64,000 bases of DNA from Macrostomum lignano (lineage: Eukaryota). Both the position numbers and the translations under genes were made by a program. The notes below the pieces were generated by a model that did no database searches, was not told the DNA's origin, and saw only the letters and a program-made list of their open reading frames with translations. Of this stretch, positions 10,358 to 22,900 are shown one piece after another. The stretch spans positions 1-64,000 of the forward strand of contig NIVC01003347.1 of assembly GCA_002269645.1 (NCBI GenBank), in the 5' to 3' direction. The first letter of the stretch is position 1; every line of letters begins with the position of its first letter.

Positions 10358-13300
10358 TTATAACTCGTCGCGCAGAATGGTGTACCGATTGCGGCTTGGT
10401 GACAGGTTTTTAAAGACGCTCTTCGGAGGGCTGGTCGCATGTGAAGGCGGCTGCTGCTTGGCCTGGTCGGTGCGGGGAGCGTGGTCCTTCTCACCCGGCT
10501 GCTCCTGTTAGCGGGGGAGGGGAATTCGGGTTGTTCACAATTCCTCAGTGACCAGCTGCTAGTGAACGGGACTGCACATCTAGGGAATTCAGGTTATTCA
10601 CAATTCCTCAGTGACCAGCTGCTAGTGAACAGGACTGCACATCTAGGGAATTCAGGTTATTCACAATTCCTCAGTGACCAGCTGCTAGTGAACGGGACAA
10701 CTCTAGACTGCGCATCTAGGGAATTCAGGTTGTTCCCAATTCCTCAGTGACCAGCTGCTAGTGAACGGGACAACTCTAGACTGCGCATCTAGGGAATTCA
10801 GGTTGTTCCCAATTCCTCAGTGACCAGCTGCTAGTGAACGGGACAACTCTAGACTGCGCATCTAGGGAATTCAGGTTGTTCACAATTCCTCAGTGACCAG
10901 CTGCTAGTGAACGGGACAACTCTAGACTGCGCATCTAGGGAATTCAGGTTGTTCACAATTCCTCAGTGACCAGCTGCTAGTGAACGGGACTGCACATCTA
11001 GGGAATTCAGGTTGTTCACAATTCCTCAGTGACCAGCTGCTAGTGAACAGGACTAATTAGTCAAATACCAAAGGCTCACTGGGGGCACTTCAACGTGCTG
11101 CGGACTGGCCGCTGTGGTTGGATCCGGGCCGTGGTGGAACTCCCTATGCAGCTTGCCGCTCTGCAGGTCGGCCACAAAGTCCGAGAACCGCTCGGGATGG
11201 TTCTGCAAGCTGTCGCGGACATCGTGCGGGAACACGTACATGTGCTTGAAGCTGTCTATGGCTACAACAGGCAAGTCGCTGACAGTTTTGCCCAGATGGT
11301 GCAGCGGATGCGAGAACACAGCGCCTTGGCCAGTGAGGAAATTCACACTGCCTGAAATTTGCGGTGGACAAGCAGAAAATATAAGCTTGATGTATACACT
11401 GGTACAGTATACACTACTTATGGATTAAAATTCACAAGCTCTGAGCCGGTGGAAATAATCTCAGCAGAGGATTTTCAGCTACTTAGTACATAAGTAGTAT
11501 AAATCGAGAATAACTGCTATTTTCAACTTTTCAGCAAGAATCGACACATACGCCTGTGGTGGCTCAGGTGCCGCTCAACTACCGACTTAAAGGAGTCCAC
11601 AATAGCCGAATCGTCATTTGGATAGAACAGGATAAAGAAGGGCAGGCCCTCCTCGGTGAGCTCCTCCGCATTCTGGAATGTGATCTCGCGCACCAGCGGC
11701 ACGCATTGGGACATGACGAATTCCTTGAGCGAGTCTTCGCCAGGCTTTGGCAGACTTATTCGGCTTCCCACATCCGGCTGCGGGGGGGGGGCGGTGCGCT
11801 TTTGGTGAGCAGCTGTGCGCGTAGGAGAAAGATGTACGAATTAGTTAATAGAGATGGGACGAATATTCGGTATTCGAAAAATTGGTCATTTCGTATGCAT
11901 TGCTTGTAATGAATCCAAATATTCGGTATTCAGAAATTTATGAATTTAAATATTCTGTATTTTGATACTCATGGATCTGAATATTCGGTATTTTGTTAAA
12001 TAATGATTCCCAAAATTCGGTATTCAGAAAACTTATGGATCTAATTATATGGTATTCGGAAGACTATGCATCCGAAAATTCGGTATTCGGAAAACATGGA
12101 TCCGAATATTCGTATTTGGAAAATGATGGATCCAAATATTCGGTATTTCGGATTCGTAAAATAATGGAACTGAACATTTGGCATTCGGAAAATAATGGAA
12201 CTGAATATTCGGCATTCGGAAAAAAAATGGAACTGAATATTCGGCATTCGGAAAATAATGGAACTGAATATTCAACATTTGGAAAATAATGGAACTGAAT
12301 ATTCGGTATTTGGAAAATAATGGAACTGAATATTCGGTATTCGGAAAATAATGGAACTGAATATTCGGCATTCGGAAAATAATGGAACTGAATATTCGGC
12401 ATTCGGAAAATAATGGAACTGAATATTCGGCATTCGGAAAATAATGGAACTGAATATTCGGCATTCGGAAAATAATGGAACTGAATATTCGGCATTCGGA
12501 AAATAATGGAACTGAATATTCGACATTCGGAAAATAATGGAACTGAATATTCGGCATTCGGAAAATAATGGAACTGAATATTCGGCATTCGGAAAATAAT
12601 GGAACTGAATATTCGGTATTCGGAAAATAATGGAACTGAATATTCGGCATTCGGAAAATGATGGATCCGAATATTCGGTATTTCGGATTCGAAAAAAATC
12701 AATAATTCATTCCATCTCTTGAAACTAGCACACGGAATGGCTTGTTTCGCAGAATTCTTGTGCTGCCTGCATGACATTAACAGTGATAACTTACCCCCTT
12801 TTGGAAGACTATTTTCTCAGGCTCGCCCTTTATTCTGTAAAGAGATGAGAGTAATTTTCAATTGGTAAAACAATACACAAGCCAGAACTACTACAGCGAG
12901 TACAGTCTGATGGGGCACACAGAAACCGCAGGCTTCACCTACCCAACAACGCTGATAAACTTGCAGTCGTCGCGCAGCATGGAAGCAACTCGCGAGAATT
13001 CTACAAATCCCGTCGAATTGTTCGAAGTGAAGAAGCCAACAATGCCGCCCTGGTCCTTCTCTAGCGGGATTGGTACTGCGTCAGTCGGTTCGGATTCAGA
13101 TTTTTCAATCTGGAATGCAGCAAGCCAGCGCCAAGCATTGATTTATTACTCTGATTTACCACTAGAGTTCCACCTAAAATGGATTTTATCAGTGCCCCTC
13201 GATACTCAGCTTGCTTTAAGCCAATTTGAGTGTTGATAATCGTATAATGTTGTTAATCTTGTTGTTAATCTTAACTTTAGCCCCCACCATCCCCACAGCA

Positions 13301-14365
13301 CAACATGCACGTGGCTTGAGTCCCCGACCCCAAGATTTTAAGAGTTCTCATCACGAAAGCTTTTAAACGAGCAGCATTCAATAATTTCTACTTCTCTACC
13401 CCACCCCCATGAAATCAAGTGCTCTAACGGTTTTTAAGTATTCTTTATCACAGTTGCCCAGTAGCCAGCATTACTAGATACTTGAACTAGATATGGGGGA
13501 GACATGTCTTCCCATAACTAATATCCATATGCTCTATCTGAAAACCTCCGTATCCGTAACTTCCCAAAGCCCCCCGGCGACTAACTTAGCGAAAAAAATA
13601 GAAAATCTCACGTTCTAGAAACACCAACAAGAAATGAACAAGTTAGAAATTTCATTTTATTCCATTAAATGACATTGCGAAAATTCATTTTATGATTATG
13701 GCGGACATCTGGAGTATAACACATGGGCCGAAACAAGCCCAAGGGACAGACAGAACAATGCAAGGTTATGTTGATCAACTTACACGAATCACAGTCTCAG
13801 CAAGCTGCGTCCTAATGAACTCGCTGATCGCCTCCACTGAGCGCTGGCCTCGGTACTCCCTCTTTTGCATCTGACCGAATCTGACAGAGCAAGACAGGTC
13901 ATGAAGATTACATTAGTACTCATTTATTACAGCCTAAATCACAATTCTGAGTGAACAAAATTCATATACGAGAAGACAGCGCACCTGAACACTTTCATGG
14001 TTGGGTACTTGTTGACTTTAAAAGACTGCGCCAAATTGACCTCGCGGTCGCAGTCAACCTTCCCAACAATAAGCTGACTGTCATCAGGAAACTCCTGCTT
14101 CAGTTTCTTGCCAACCTCCTCGATGATTGGCGACAAAGCCTGGCTAAAGTGACACCAATCAGCGTAGAAGTTCACAAAGCTGAACTTTGAAGCAGCTGGA
14201 ATGAGTTTATAGTTACACTTGGCAGATGATGAAAAATTTAAGCGCAAACTTACTAATGCAAAAATACTTACCAAGCACGCTCTTAACATTGGCGTCATTT
14301 AGCTGGACAACTGAGGCACCGCCGACTGACAGGCTCAGAATGAGGAGACATATTTGCTTCAGCAT
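10358..14365 (-). CDS. ERP44: ERp44 (thioredoxin-domain ER protein), about 429 aa if one missing base is restored
   Basis: Exons 14365-14272 (signal peptide MLKQICLLILSLSVGG), 14195-13985 (VNFYADWCHFS, KYPTMK), 13880-13784 (KREYRGQRSVEA), 13109-12943, 12834-12795, 11812-11552 (PLVREITFQNAEELTEEGLPF), 11351-11080 (AIDSFKHMY, SGKLHREFHHGPDP), 10504-10358 (SPPKSVFKNLSPSRNRYTILRDEL-stop). C-terminal RDEL retention signal. One phase break between exons 5 and 6. Confidence 0.95.
10521..11054. repeat. Minisatellite, 8 units of 63/73 bp, filling the last ERp44 intron
   Basis: Units start at 10521, 10584, 10647, 10720, 10793, 10866, 10939, 11002; the 73-bp form carries a 10-nt insertion (AACTCTAGAC). 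Confidence 0.95.
11849..12720. mobile_element. hAT-like MITE shell containing a 31-bp minisatellite (GGAAAATAATGGAACTGAATATTCGGCATTC)
   Basis: Left end TAGAGATGG (11849), right end CCATCTCT(T) (12712-12720). Near-perfect 31-bp array at about 12160-12690 with degenerate units towards the left end. No TSD found. The array is certain; the hAT call is inference. Confidence 0.6.
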
Positions 14366-16492
14366 AGTGGCTGCAATATTTTCAGTTGAGTTTTAGCAAT
14401 TTAATTTAGTATAGCTGGATTGACTCTATTGAAGCCAATGGGGGTCTTGAAATTTTTAAATATGCTGTTGTTTGTCTGGTCCTATGGCTCTATGTCTGCT
14501 CAAATTACCAATGTGAGAGCTAAATAACTGAGGCGGCGGATTCAACTGACTTTTCCTGATGATGCAAACACTTGATGGTTACTTACAGACCGTTGTATTT
14601 GATGGTCACAAACTCAAGCTGTTATCTTACAAATATAATGTCTAAGATGGAATTCCAAATAAGAAGCTCATTTGGTTCAAGTTACAATGGGTTCTGGTTG
14701 TTTGGGTGAACCAAAGGTTCAGTCTATTGTGGAGTAGGGTTTGTTTGGTAGTTTGGTTTCAATGAGTCAATTTATCGGTTTTGGTATTTGGGTTGAGACC
14801 CTAACTGTTTCAATTAAAAGTACACTCATAATTCCTAGATAGCTAACAGAAGCTAATAGAGGCAAGAACAAGACTGGAAAAAGGAGCACACAAAAGAGGG
14901 AGGCAAAAGAGAGGGGCAAAAGAAGGCGAGCTTCTTGCTTGGTTGACATGGGTTTTTATAGTACTTTTCAGTCTTGATCACACTAGGTGGTACACAACTA
15001 CTTTTCACTAGTTGAGGTCGTGTCCTCAGCTTCTGCTAGTTGGAGTGCATTTATTGGTTGAAATATACATTCAATCTGGATGGGAACTTTTAGGGCCAAA
15101 ATGTATTACTTTAGTCTCTACAAATGGTGCCCTGCATCTATAAGGAATTTGAAGGAAATCAATTAGTGTGCCTGCATATTTTGAACATGTTACATATTCT
15201 TGTAATCATATGCAGTTGTGCACCTAGGATCAAAGTTTTTCTGGATGCTTGTGAAGTTGATGGGGTATCTATGCCTTTTTTAGATTTAAAGAAACAAAAT
15301 AAATATTTTAATATAAAATACACTCAAATTATTAGTAGAAATATAATATAGTTATTTGAAATTGATGCTTTTCTTATTAACACAGACAATTAGTGAATTA
15401 TAAGATAATGCTGAGATTATAGTAGGACATTTTGAGCTATTTTAAAAGATATCAATAGGAAATTCCTTAAACTACATTTTAATATTTGATAATAGTGGGA
15501 AAATTTGTGTTTCTAATAGAAATATATGATTTAGTGATCTATTCACATATTGAGAGAAAAGTCAATCAGAGAAAAACTTGCTATGTTATAGGACCTATGC
15601 AGTGCCTTTTATATGCTTTATATATTAGATAAATAAAATAATACTTTTAAAAAAGGATCAGACCATGGCTATGATAACAAATTCATATATTATGAATTTT
15701 GCAAATGCACTTTAGAGATCAATCAATATAGGCTTTTGTACAAAAAAATGTTTGTACTAGTTTGAACATTAGTTTGTATGAAATAGTGATATATTTTTCC
15801 AACTGTAGGCCTAACTCATATTGTTTAATTTATTCCCCTCCCTGCTGTTATCTATGGCTTAAAGCAGTCTTGCAGACCAAGTTAAGTAGGGCTTGGCAAA
15901 GCTGAGCAGAGGAGGCAAGCCTCGCTCAAGAAAGGGAGCATAAATATACTCGTAGCAATATTTCATAATTTATCATTAAATTAGACTTTGTGACTTGGAA
16001 CCCTCAGACATTACAAATAGGCCTATTATATATCCATTCACAATTTAGATACTAAATTACAAATATATTTATATATTAAACAATAAACAATATACTAGGC
16101 CCAAGATTTTATAATTTAGGGGCCTAAGGAAAAGATGTATAAGGCCTACCTTCTGTGGTTGGCATTGTAGCAATGAAAAAAAGCTTAGGTGTGACTTTGA
16201 GAAGTGGTTTATAGGCCAACCCAAAGAGTGATTTGCCACTAGGATCAAGAAGTTGCCAGTGCTGGGATTGCTATATTAGTGCTAATGGAGATTACTTTAA
16301 AAAACTAAAAAATTCAAAAATGAAAACTCAAAAATTCAAATAAAGTAAACTTATCCTTTTGATTTTATGAACCCAAGTCTAAGAACTCTTTGATTGCCCT
16401 TTCTTGTATATTTTTATAGACAAAAGTGGCAAACAAACTGGCATTGACAATAGGCCTATTGATAATATAGCATAACATAGCAGATATGGTAA

Positions 16493-17137
16493 CAGTCCAC
16501 CTTGGTAACAGCCATTTTGGTAATAGCCACTTTAGTAACAAGTTAGAATAATATAATATGCATTAATTGATATGCTCCAAAAGGATGTGCGAACAAACTT
16601 AAAAGAAAAAACGACAAAACACATGCGTACCTACATGTGTTTAACTTGTTTTAAAGTTTTTTAAGCGATCCATTTCTTTTAATTTCTGGATGAGTCAGAT
16701 TACATGTACCCGAGACATCCTATAATTGACCAAATTTGGGTAATGTGTACATTGGAATCTCTGATCTAGTTAGCAAATAGTGACTTAAAATTACAGAATC
16801 TACTTTTGTCTTCATTAATTATTTAATTTTTTCAATTTCAATGTATATATAGGAGCTTGCTTTGCTTAATTTTCTTTGCCTTTAAATTTTTCACAAAGTT
16901 ACCACACAAGTTTAAACTAATTATAATACAGTTTAACTAGAAAGTTTAATGATATGTTCAATAATATATTTGAGATGTTAATTAGGCCTATTAAACTAAT
17001 TATTGCTAAACCTAATTATTATAAAAATAGTGTTGACAGTCGTAAATCTACTTTGTTACTAAAATGGCTATACCAAAGTGTTCATTTTTTATTACCAAAG
17101 TGGCTGTTACCGAAATGGCTGTTACCAAAGTGGATTG
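16493..17137. mobile_element. Tc1/mariner-like MITE, about 645 bp
   Basis: Left CAGTCCACCTTGGTAACAGCCATTTTGGTAATAGCC is the inverse of right GGCTGTTACCGAAATGGCTGTTACCAAAGTGGATTG. TA on the right flank, AA on the left. Confidence 0.65.
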
Positions 17138-17899
17138 TATTCGCAGATTGTATCAGTATATCCTATTGCAACTAAGGTCTAAATTGTGCTAGATATCCCC
17201 CTTTTTTGCACCAATGTGCTAAATCACACTTGCACTATTGAGGGCCAACCAGCCAATCCATGCTAGGCAAAAGATGTAGACATTATCTATAATAATGGAT
17301 GACCATTTGCTAGGCCATAGTCATAGACAAGGTCAATATTACATAGCCATATGCCCATAAACCATAGTCATAGACATTAATAGGTAGGTATGGTAGGCTT
17401 AGCCCTAGGCCTATTAAAAAACCATAGGGCATAGGCCTTAGTCTATAGCCTATAGGCTACAATCTAGGCCTACAGCTAGTGTCAGTGAGCAAGGGCCAAC
17501 AACAAATATTACTAAAACATTGAATATGATTTCAGGTTAGGCTTTATTTAACTGACTTTAAAAAAACCTCGACTTTTTCATTCAAATTCAAGCAAGATAC
17601 ATAATTTTAGCTTTAGTTGTGCCTAGCCCTAGGCCTAGGGCCTGCACGATTTTGTCTTACTTAGGCCTAGGTGTCTGGCGTCAGAATCTCTTTCACATCG
17701 ACAAATATCAACGATGAACAGACGGAATTTAACAGAAAAAGTAGGGTAAAAGTAAAAAATAACAATTGATTGAATACATAGCTATTTAGATAGATTCAGA
17801 CACTCTTATATAGAGGTACACTAAAAGTCAAAAGCAGAGCAGACTAGTGCCATAGTGAGTTGGCGTGAAACTATTGTTACCTACGCAGCTTTTTTCCTT

Positions 17900-18130
17900 G
17901 ACAAACTTGTTTCGAAGAAAACGGTATAGTCCGATGGACACGATTTGGCGCTGATTCAAATATGAGTGTCAATGTGGCGCGCGAAGGGTGAACTAGACGG
18001 TATTAAAGCACGGCAGCAAAGCGCGCCTTTTCCCTGCTAGACGAAGCAAATTTCTCTGCCTTTATCCGTCTAGGCGGTAGGGTATAGGGTGCGCGCGACG
18101 CGAGGTCTAGCATTTGGCCAATCGCCAACG
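17900..18130. promoter_or_regulatory. Candidate divergent promoter between ERp44 (-) and the MFS transporter (+)
   Basis: CpG-rich patch in AT-rich spacer between head-to-head genes. E2F-like TTTGGCGC (17944) and TGGCGCGCGAA (17975), CCAAT (18118). Short motifs, so weak evidence. Confidence 0.3.
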
Positions 18131-19927
18131 CCATTATAACATCACATGAACCTTAATATGTAGTTCAAGTGGTAAAAGTCCTTTTCGGGGACAGACCAAC
18201 TCGGCGAAAAACAATTCTGTGACAAAGTCGCTGCGAAGGTTCCTTTTTAAAAAATCATGACAATTTCTGTGTGCGTAATTTTTAAAAGGAAAAAAATTAT
18301 GCAATGGACCTAGTGTTAAAAGCAAGCTTGTATCTTGTTCAGAAACCGGTCTTTAGGTTACATGCATATACGAACAACGGGAAGTTTGTTGAGGATGGTG
18401 GAATTCAACTGAAGCACAACAAGCACGATGAATATACAAAAAAATGGGGCCGAATGTTGCATGACTTTGAGAAATTGTGGTAAGGTAGCTGATGAAGTGC
18501 TACAGCATCTCACCGTCATTCGACGCTGAACAGCCAGAATTGTTTAAAAAAACAAAAGTAGAATTATATAATGATTTTGCACTGCCAAAATTTGAACACC
18601 AAAACGTAACGTTTCCCACCATATTCTAGACTGGAATCATAACTTTTTATTCGAGTAAATCTCGAGCTTCTGTCGTCATCCTAACTCTTCAGAACTCATT
18701 CAGAAATATCCGGTAAAAGCTTGCTACTACATGGATACAAATATACGAGCTTTTAAACAATCTAACTCGACTCGACGGTTCTTAAATAAAACTAAAGTCA
18801 ATTTTATTAAATTATAGATGAAATTTGTAATCGAGTGTACAGTATTTTTGCATTTAATACTAGAGCTTGTTTTAGTCCTATAATCGATTTTGCAATCAAT
18901 TTAATCAAATTGTTTTCTTCGAAGCTAACTTCAGATGAGCAAGTAATTTATTTACTTTGCATTTAAAAGACCGTTTACAGTAAAAACGCAGTTACACATT
19001 AGTCAATATATAATATAATAGGCCTACCATAATACCATAATAGAAGTATCGCATTATTTATTCAAGACTAGGAAAGATAAAGAATTAAAATTGCATTTTA
19101 AATTAAACATGCGATACTTCTGATCAGAACAAACATCAGAACAAATTGATTTACTGAATAAACAAAACTATTGAAACTGATAAACTGTAAATGTAAAATT
19201 AATAAGTTAAGGTCAAGGAGCTGTCATGGGCACTCTCTTCCTTTCAGGGGGTCTAGAAAAAACATAAAAAAATAGATTTATAAATAATATTTAAAGGAAA
19301 ATTGGGAGACAGCCTCCTAAGCCTTCTAATTAGTAGTAGTGAGTTTGGTTTAGGCGAAATAGAAGTTTTTTTTCTTGGAATAAAACAGTATATAGTTACT
19401 TAAATTAGAAGTTATTATCAAATGGGCTATTTTATCTTAAAAAACTATTTGACTTAATACAATGTAAGTTGTAACTTTTTGAATATCAAGAAATATGATA
19501 GAATTTTCTTGAGCTTGAGTATCAGAAAAATAGGGTTAAGTACTCAAGTTTCAAATCTTGAGTTAGGTACTTATATGAACTCTTGTAAATTATTCAATGT
19601 AGGTTTCTTAGAAATCTATATTTTAATGAATAAATTTTGTTTGTTTCCAAAATAACTAATCCATAGTAGATAATAGCAAATTAATTAATATCAGTTATGA
19701 ACAGCTATTTATCTGATACTAGCAGACATCTTTGCTTTCTTTCTCTAAATTGACAATTTTATAGAGTGACTATAACACTGGCTAAGTATTAAAAATTAAG
19801 AATATAGTCATTATGTTCTAATCTAAGAATAAAGATTGGAACAAGTTACTTATATTTTTCTACTTTTTAAATAAATGCTTATACTTTGCCAATTCCAGTT
19901 ATTGAGTTAAGCAGATCAACTTTTGTC

Positions 19928-22900
19928 ATGCCTGCATCAGTAAATGAGCCTGACTCTGCCAATATAACTGAAGCCTTTACTGAGCCAGAAGATGCATTGG
20001 CCAATGTTGAGCCCAGAGTAGAATGCTCATACTCTGTACCTAGCAATCCACCCACGAGAGGTCTTGTAAGAGTCATCAAAACTCTCAGCCTTTTTGCCAA
20101 CTTCTTCTTTCTTTTGGTAAGTTTCATAGTTGAAAGTAGATTACTTTAACAGAACTACCAAGGTAGAAATCCCCCTATGTGACATTTTTTCTGTGCTAGA
20201 ATGGTGCAACGCAGGTACACAAAACTGCTGGACATCTGTTGAAGGTGCCAATGGCATCAGGGTGATGACAGAATGCTTGATAGACTAGCTGAGAATGTTC
20301 GGCAGTCGAGGCTTGCCCACTGTCAAGGCTTGCCCACTGTCGAGGCTTGCCCACTGTCGAGGCTTGATCAGCGAAACTAGAGAAATTCGCATCAGGGTGT
20401 TCATAGTCACATGGTGCCACCTGTTGAAGGTGCAGAGCAGAAGCTCCGCCTGGGTGAAGGCCAGTGACCAACGAAGTCAGAGCTGATGCAGACATTCGTT
20501 CGACGTGCTGATGAAATTTGGAGCCTTAGCAAGGCTGCACTGAGGCGCTGTGCTGGTTGACGCACAGGGGTGTACTGAATACATTTGTGCTTATGGAAAA
20601 GATCCGAACTACTTGCAGAATCGTCGAATATCTCAACGGTCCGGAGGGCTGGCGACTTGATTCTTGTTTTAGAAGGTGCGCAACAAAAAGTTAGACTGCA
20701 TTTTTGAAGTTTGTGTGCCTGCGATGCTCCGTTCCAGTGCAGCAAAGAAATTGTAAGCCCCCCCCCCCTTGTATTTCGACGGGCGGAAAAAATGGCTTGG
20801 TATTCCTACTGTTAATAAAGTTTTCCTTCGCCCAGATATCGCGCAGAAACAACTTAGCAGAGATAAAGAAGCAGGCATAGCATTGCTCTCAAGTAGCTAT
20901 ATTAAAAATAATAAATTTGTAACAAACTCCTCAGGCCGCCTGTGCGCAAACAAGCGCCGCCCTGGTCGATTTGGCCAGCTTGTACTCCGTATCCCTGGCT
21001 GCTATCAGTGTATTCCAGTCGGTTAACTGCGTCGCTTACATTTCCGGCACATGGATTGGCGGCCTCCTTTGCACCCGAGTGAATGTTTTCGGCCTTCTAA
21101 CTGCATTTTCTGCCTTATTGATGGCTGGCCTCGCCGTGTGCAGCTTCATGCCGAACGTGCTGCTCTTCTTTGGTGTGTCCGGTCTCGGGGCTGTCGCTGG
21201 AGGCGCCATCGACTCAAGTTAGTTGGGTTACTATGCTGGAAACTTTACAGCCTAGAAGTTACAGCATAGCTACAGACAACTCATTTTTAGTATATAGGAC
21301 TTTCAATTTAGCCTAGGGGGATATTAACTTTATTAGCAAGGAAATTTACAGTCCAAAAGAGTTTATTAGGCAAGGTAATTCACAGTCCAAGAGAACCTAT
21401 TAGCTAGGGAATTTACAGTCTAAGAAAACCTTTACGCTAGGGAATTTACAGTCTAAGAAAACCTTTACGCTAGGGAATTTACAGTCTAAGAGAATCTATT
21501 AGCTAGGGAATTTACAGTCTAAGAGAACCTATTAGCTAGGGAATTCACAGTCTAAGAAAATCTATTAGCTAGGGAATTTACAGTCTAAGAAAACCTATTA
21601 GCTAGGGAATTTACAGTCTAAGAGAACCTATTAGCTAGGGAATTTACAGTCTAAGAGAATCTATTAGCTAGGGAATTTACAGTCTAAGAGAACCTATTAG
21701 CTAGGGAATTTACAGTCTAAGAAAACCTTTACGCTAGGGAATTTACAGTCTAAGAAAACCTTTACGCTAGGGAATTTACAGTCTAAGAGAATCTATTAGC
21801 TAGGGAATTTACAGTCTAAGAGAACCTATTAGCTAGGGAATTCACAGTCTAAGAAAATCTATTAGCTATAGAGAATTTACAGTCCTCAACTTTGAGCTAC
21901 TATATTTCTGTGCAAAAGTGATATTCGAACTCTCGAAAAGCCAGAACTGGTTTCTGAGTTCTCTCTCGTTGTCAGCTGGTCTCAACCACTGAGCCAGAAC
22001 CTCACTCTGGACACTCACGTTCGAACTTCTTTTTTACTATCAGTGAGAATAAATTTTATACACACTGTATAAGAAAGTTGCTTTGCATTCTTTGCTTGCT
22101 ACTCTTCAGTAGCGGACTAGAGATTTTATTAGCTAGAAACTACGAGCTACAAACTAAAAGCCTTACAAATGGGAAAATTTTCTACACTAAAGCTATGAGT
22201 CGTTGTCGTACTCTATGTCTATATTCTATTCTCCGCCATTCTAGTCGCGAACTCACACTACCTCACCATGTGGGAGGGTCACCGAATTCGCGACTCACTG
22301 ATGCAGGGCCTGCACGCCGCCTGGTCCGCTGGCGCCATGGGGCTTGGCGCTGTACTCAAGTCTTTCCTGGATCCGAACCTCACTTCAACAAAAGCCAACG
22401 CGTCGCAGCTGCTATCAGATGACGCTCAGCTGCCGCCTTATTCTGGGCACGTTCAGTTTGCCTACATCCTGTTCGCCAGCCTGGGCGCGATCCCGCTGTG
22501 CTCTCACATTGGCCTCCTAGTCTGGGATCGATGCGGCCCCACAGCCGGGCCCAGGCCCGCAGATGCCTCGGCATCAAAGGATGGCAAGGGCGGCGGCCGG
22601 CCCAGACGGCTGCTGGCCGGCAGGCCCGCGCTAATCATGGTCGCGTTCGCCGTGTCGGTGCGAGTCTTTGACGTGGAGGCCTTTGTCAGCTCGTTCCTGT
22701 CCTCATACCTGTTCTATGGCCTGAACTGGTCCACACCAGATGCTTCTGCGGCATTTTCTGTCTTCTTTGCTGGCCAGTTTGTTGGCCGCCTGCTCAGCGT
22801 TATTGTGTCCGCGTTTGTCAGGCCGCTGCACATTCTGCTGGCTAACGGCTGCCTCATTGTGCTGGCTGGCATTGTGCTCGGGCTTTTCGGCGGGACTGAA

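Noticed and set aside
10358-10504. SPSRNRYTIL read as a LINE ORF1 NRF-like motif
   Set aside because: It is the ERp44 C-terminal exon, in phase and ending in RDEL-stop.
10481-10750. Plus-strand 89-aa ORF with repeated peptide
   Set aside because: Artefact of a 63-bp (3n) repeat unit in an intron.
10521-11054. Hammerhead ribozyme in the repeat (CTGAGGA on the minus strand)
   Set aside because: No GAAA after a stem II and no stem III or cleavage triplet. The same failure applies to TGACGA-hairpin in the 59-bp array, CTGATGA-GGCA in the P-like MITE and CTGACGA in SINE B.
9430-12720. Regular 25-, 31- and 63/73-bp repeats as CRISPR arrays (also the 33-, 59- and 61-bp arrays elsewhere)
   Set aside because: Units are head-to-tail with no unique spacers, no cas genes are present, and they sit in or beside spliced eukaryotic genes.
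11993-12777. Several long overlapping minus-strand ORFs (up to 237 aa)
   Set aside because: Translation of a stop-free 31-bp minisatellite; the 31-aa period reflects three units.
19879-20127. Minus-strand 82-aa ORF
   Set aside because: Antisense of MFS exon 1, whose plus frame has the family motif and an in-phase donor.
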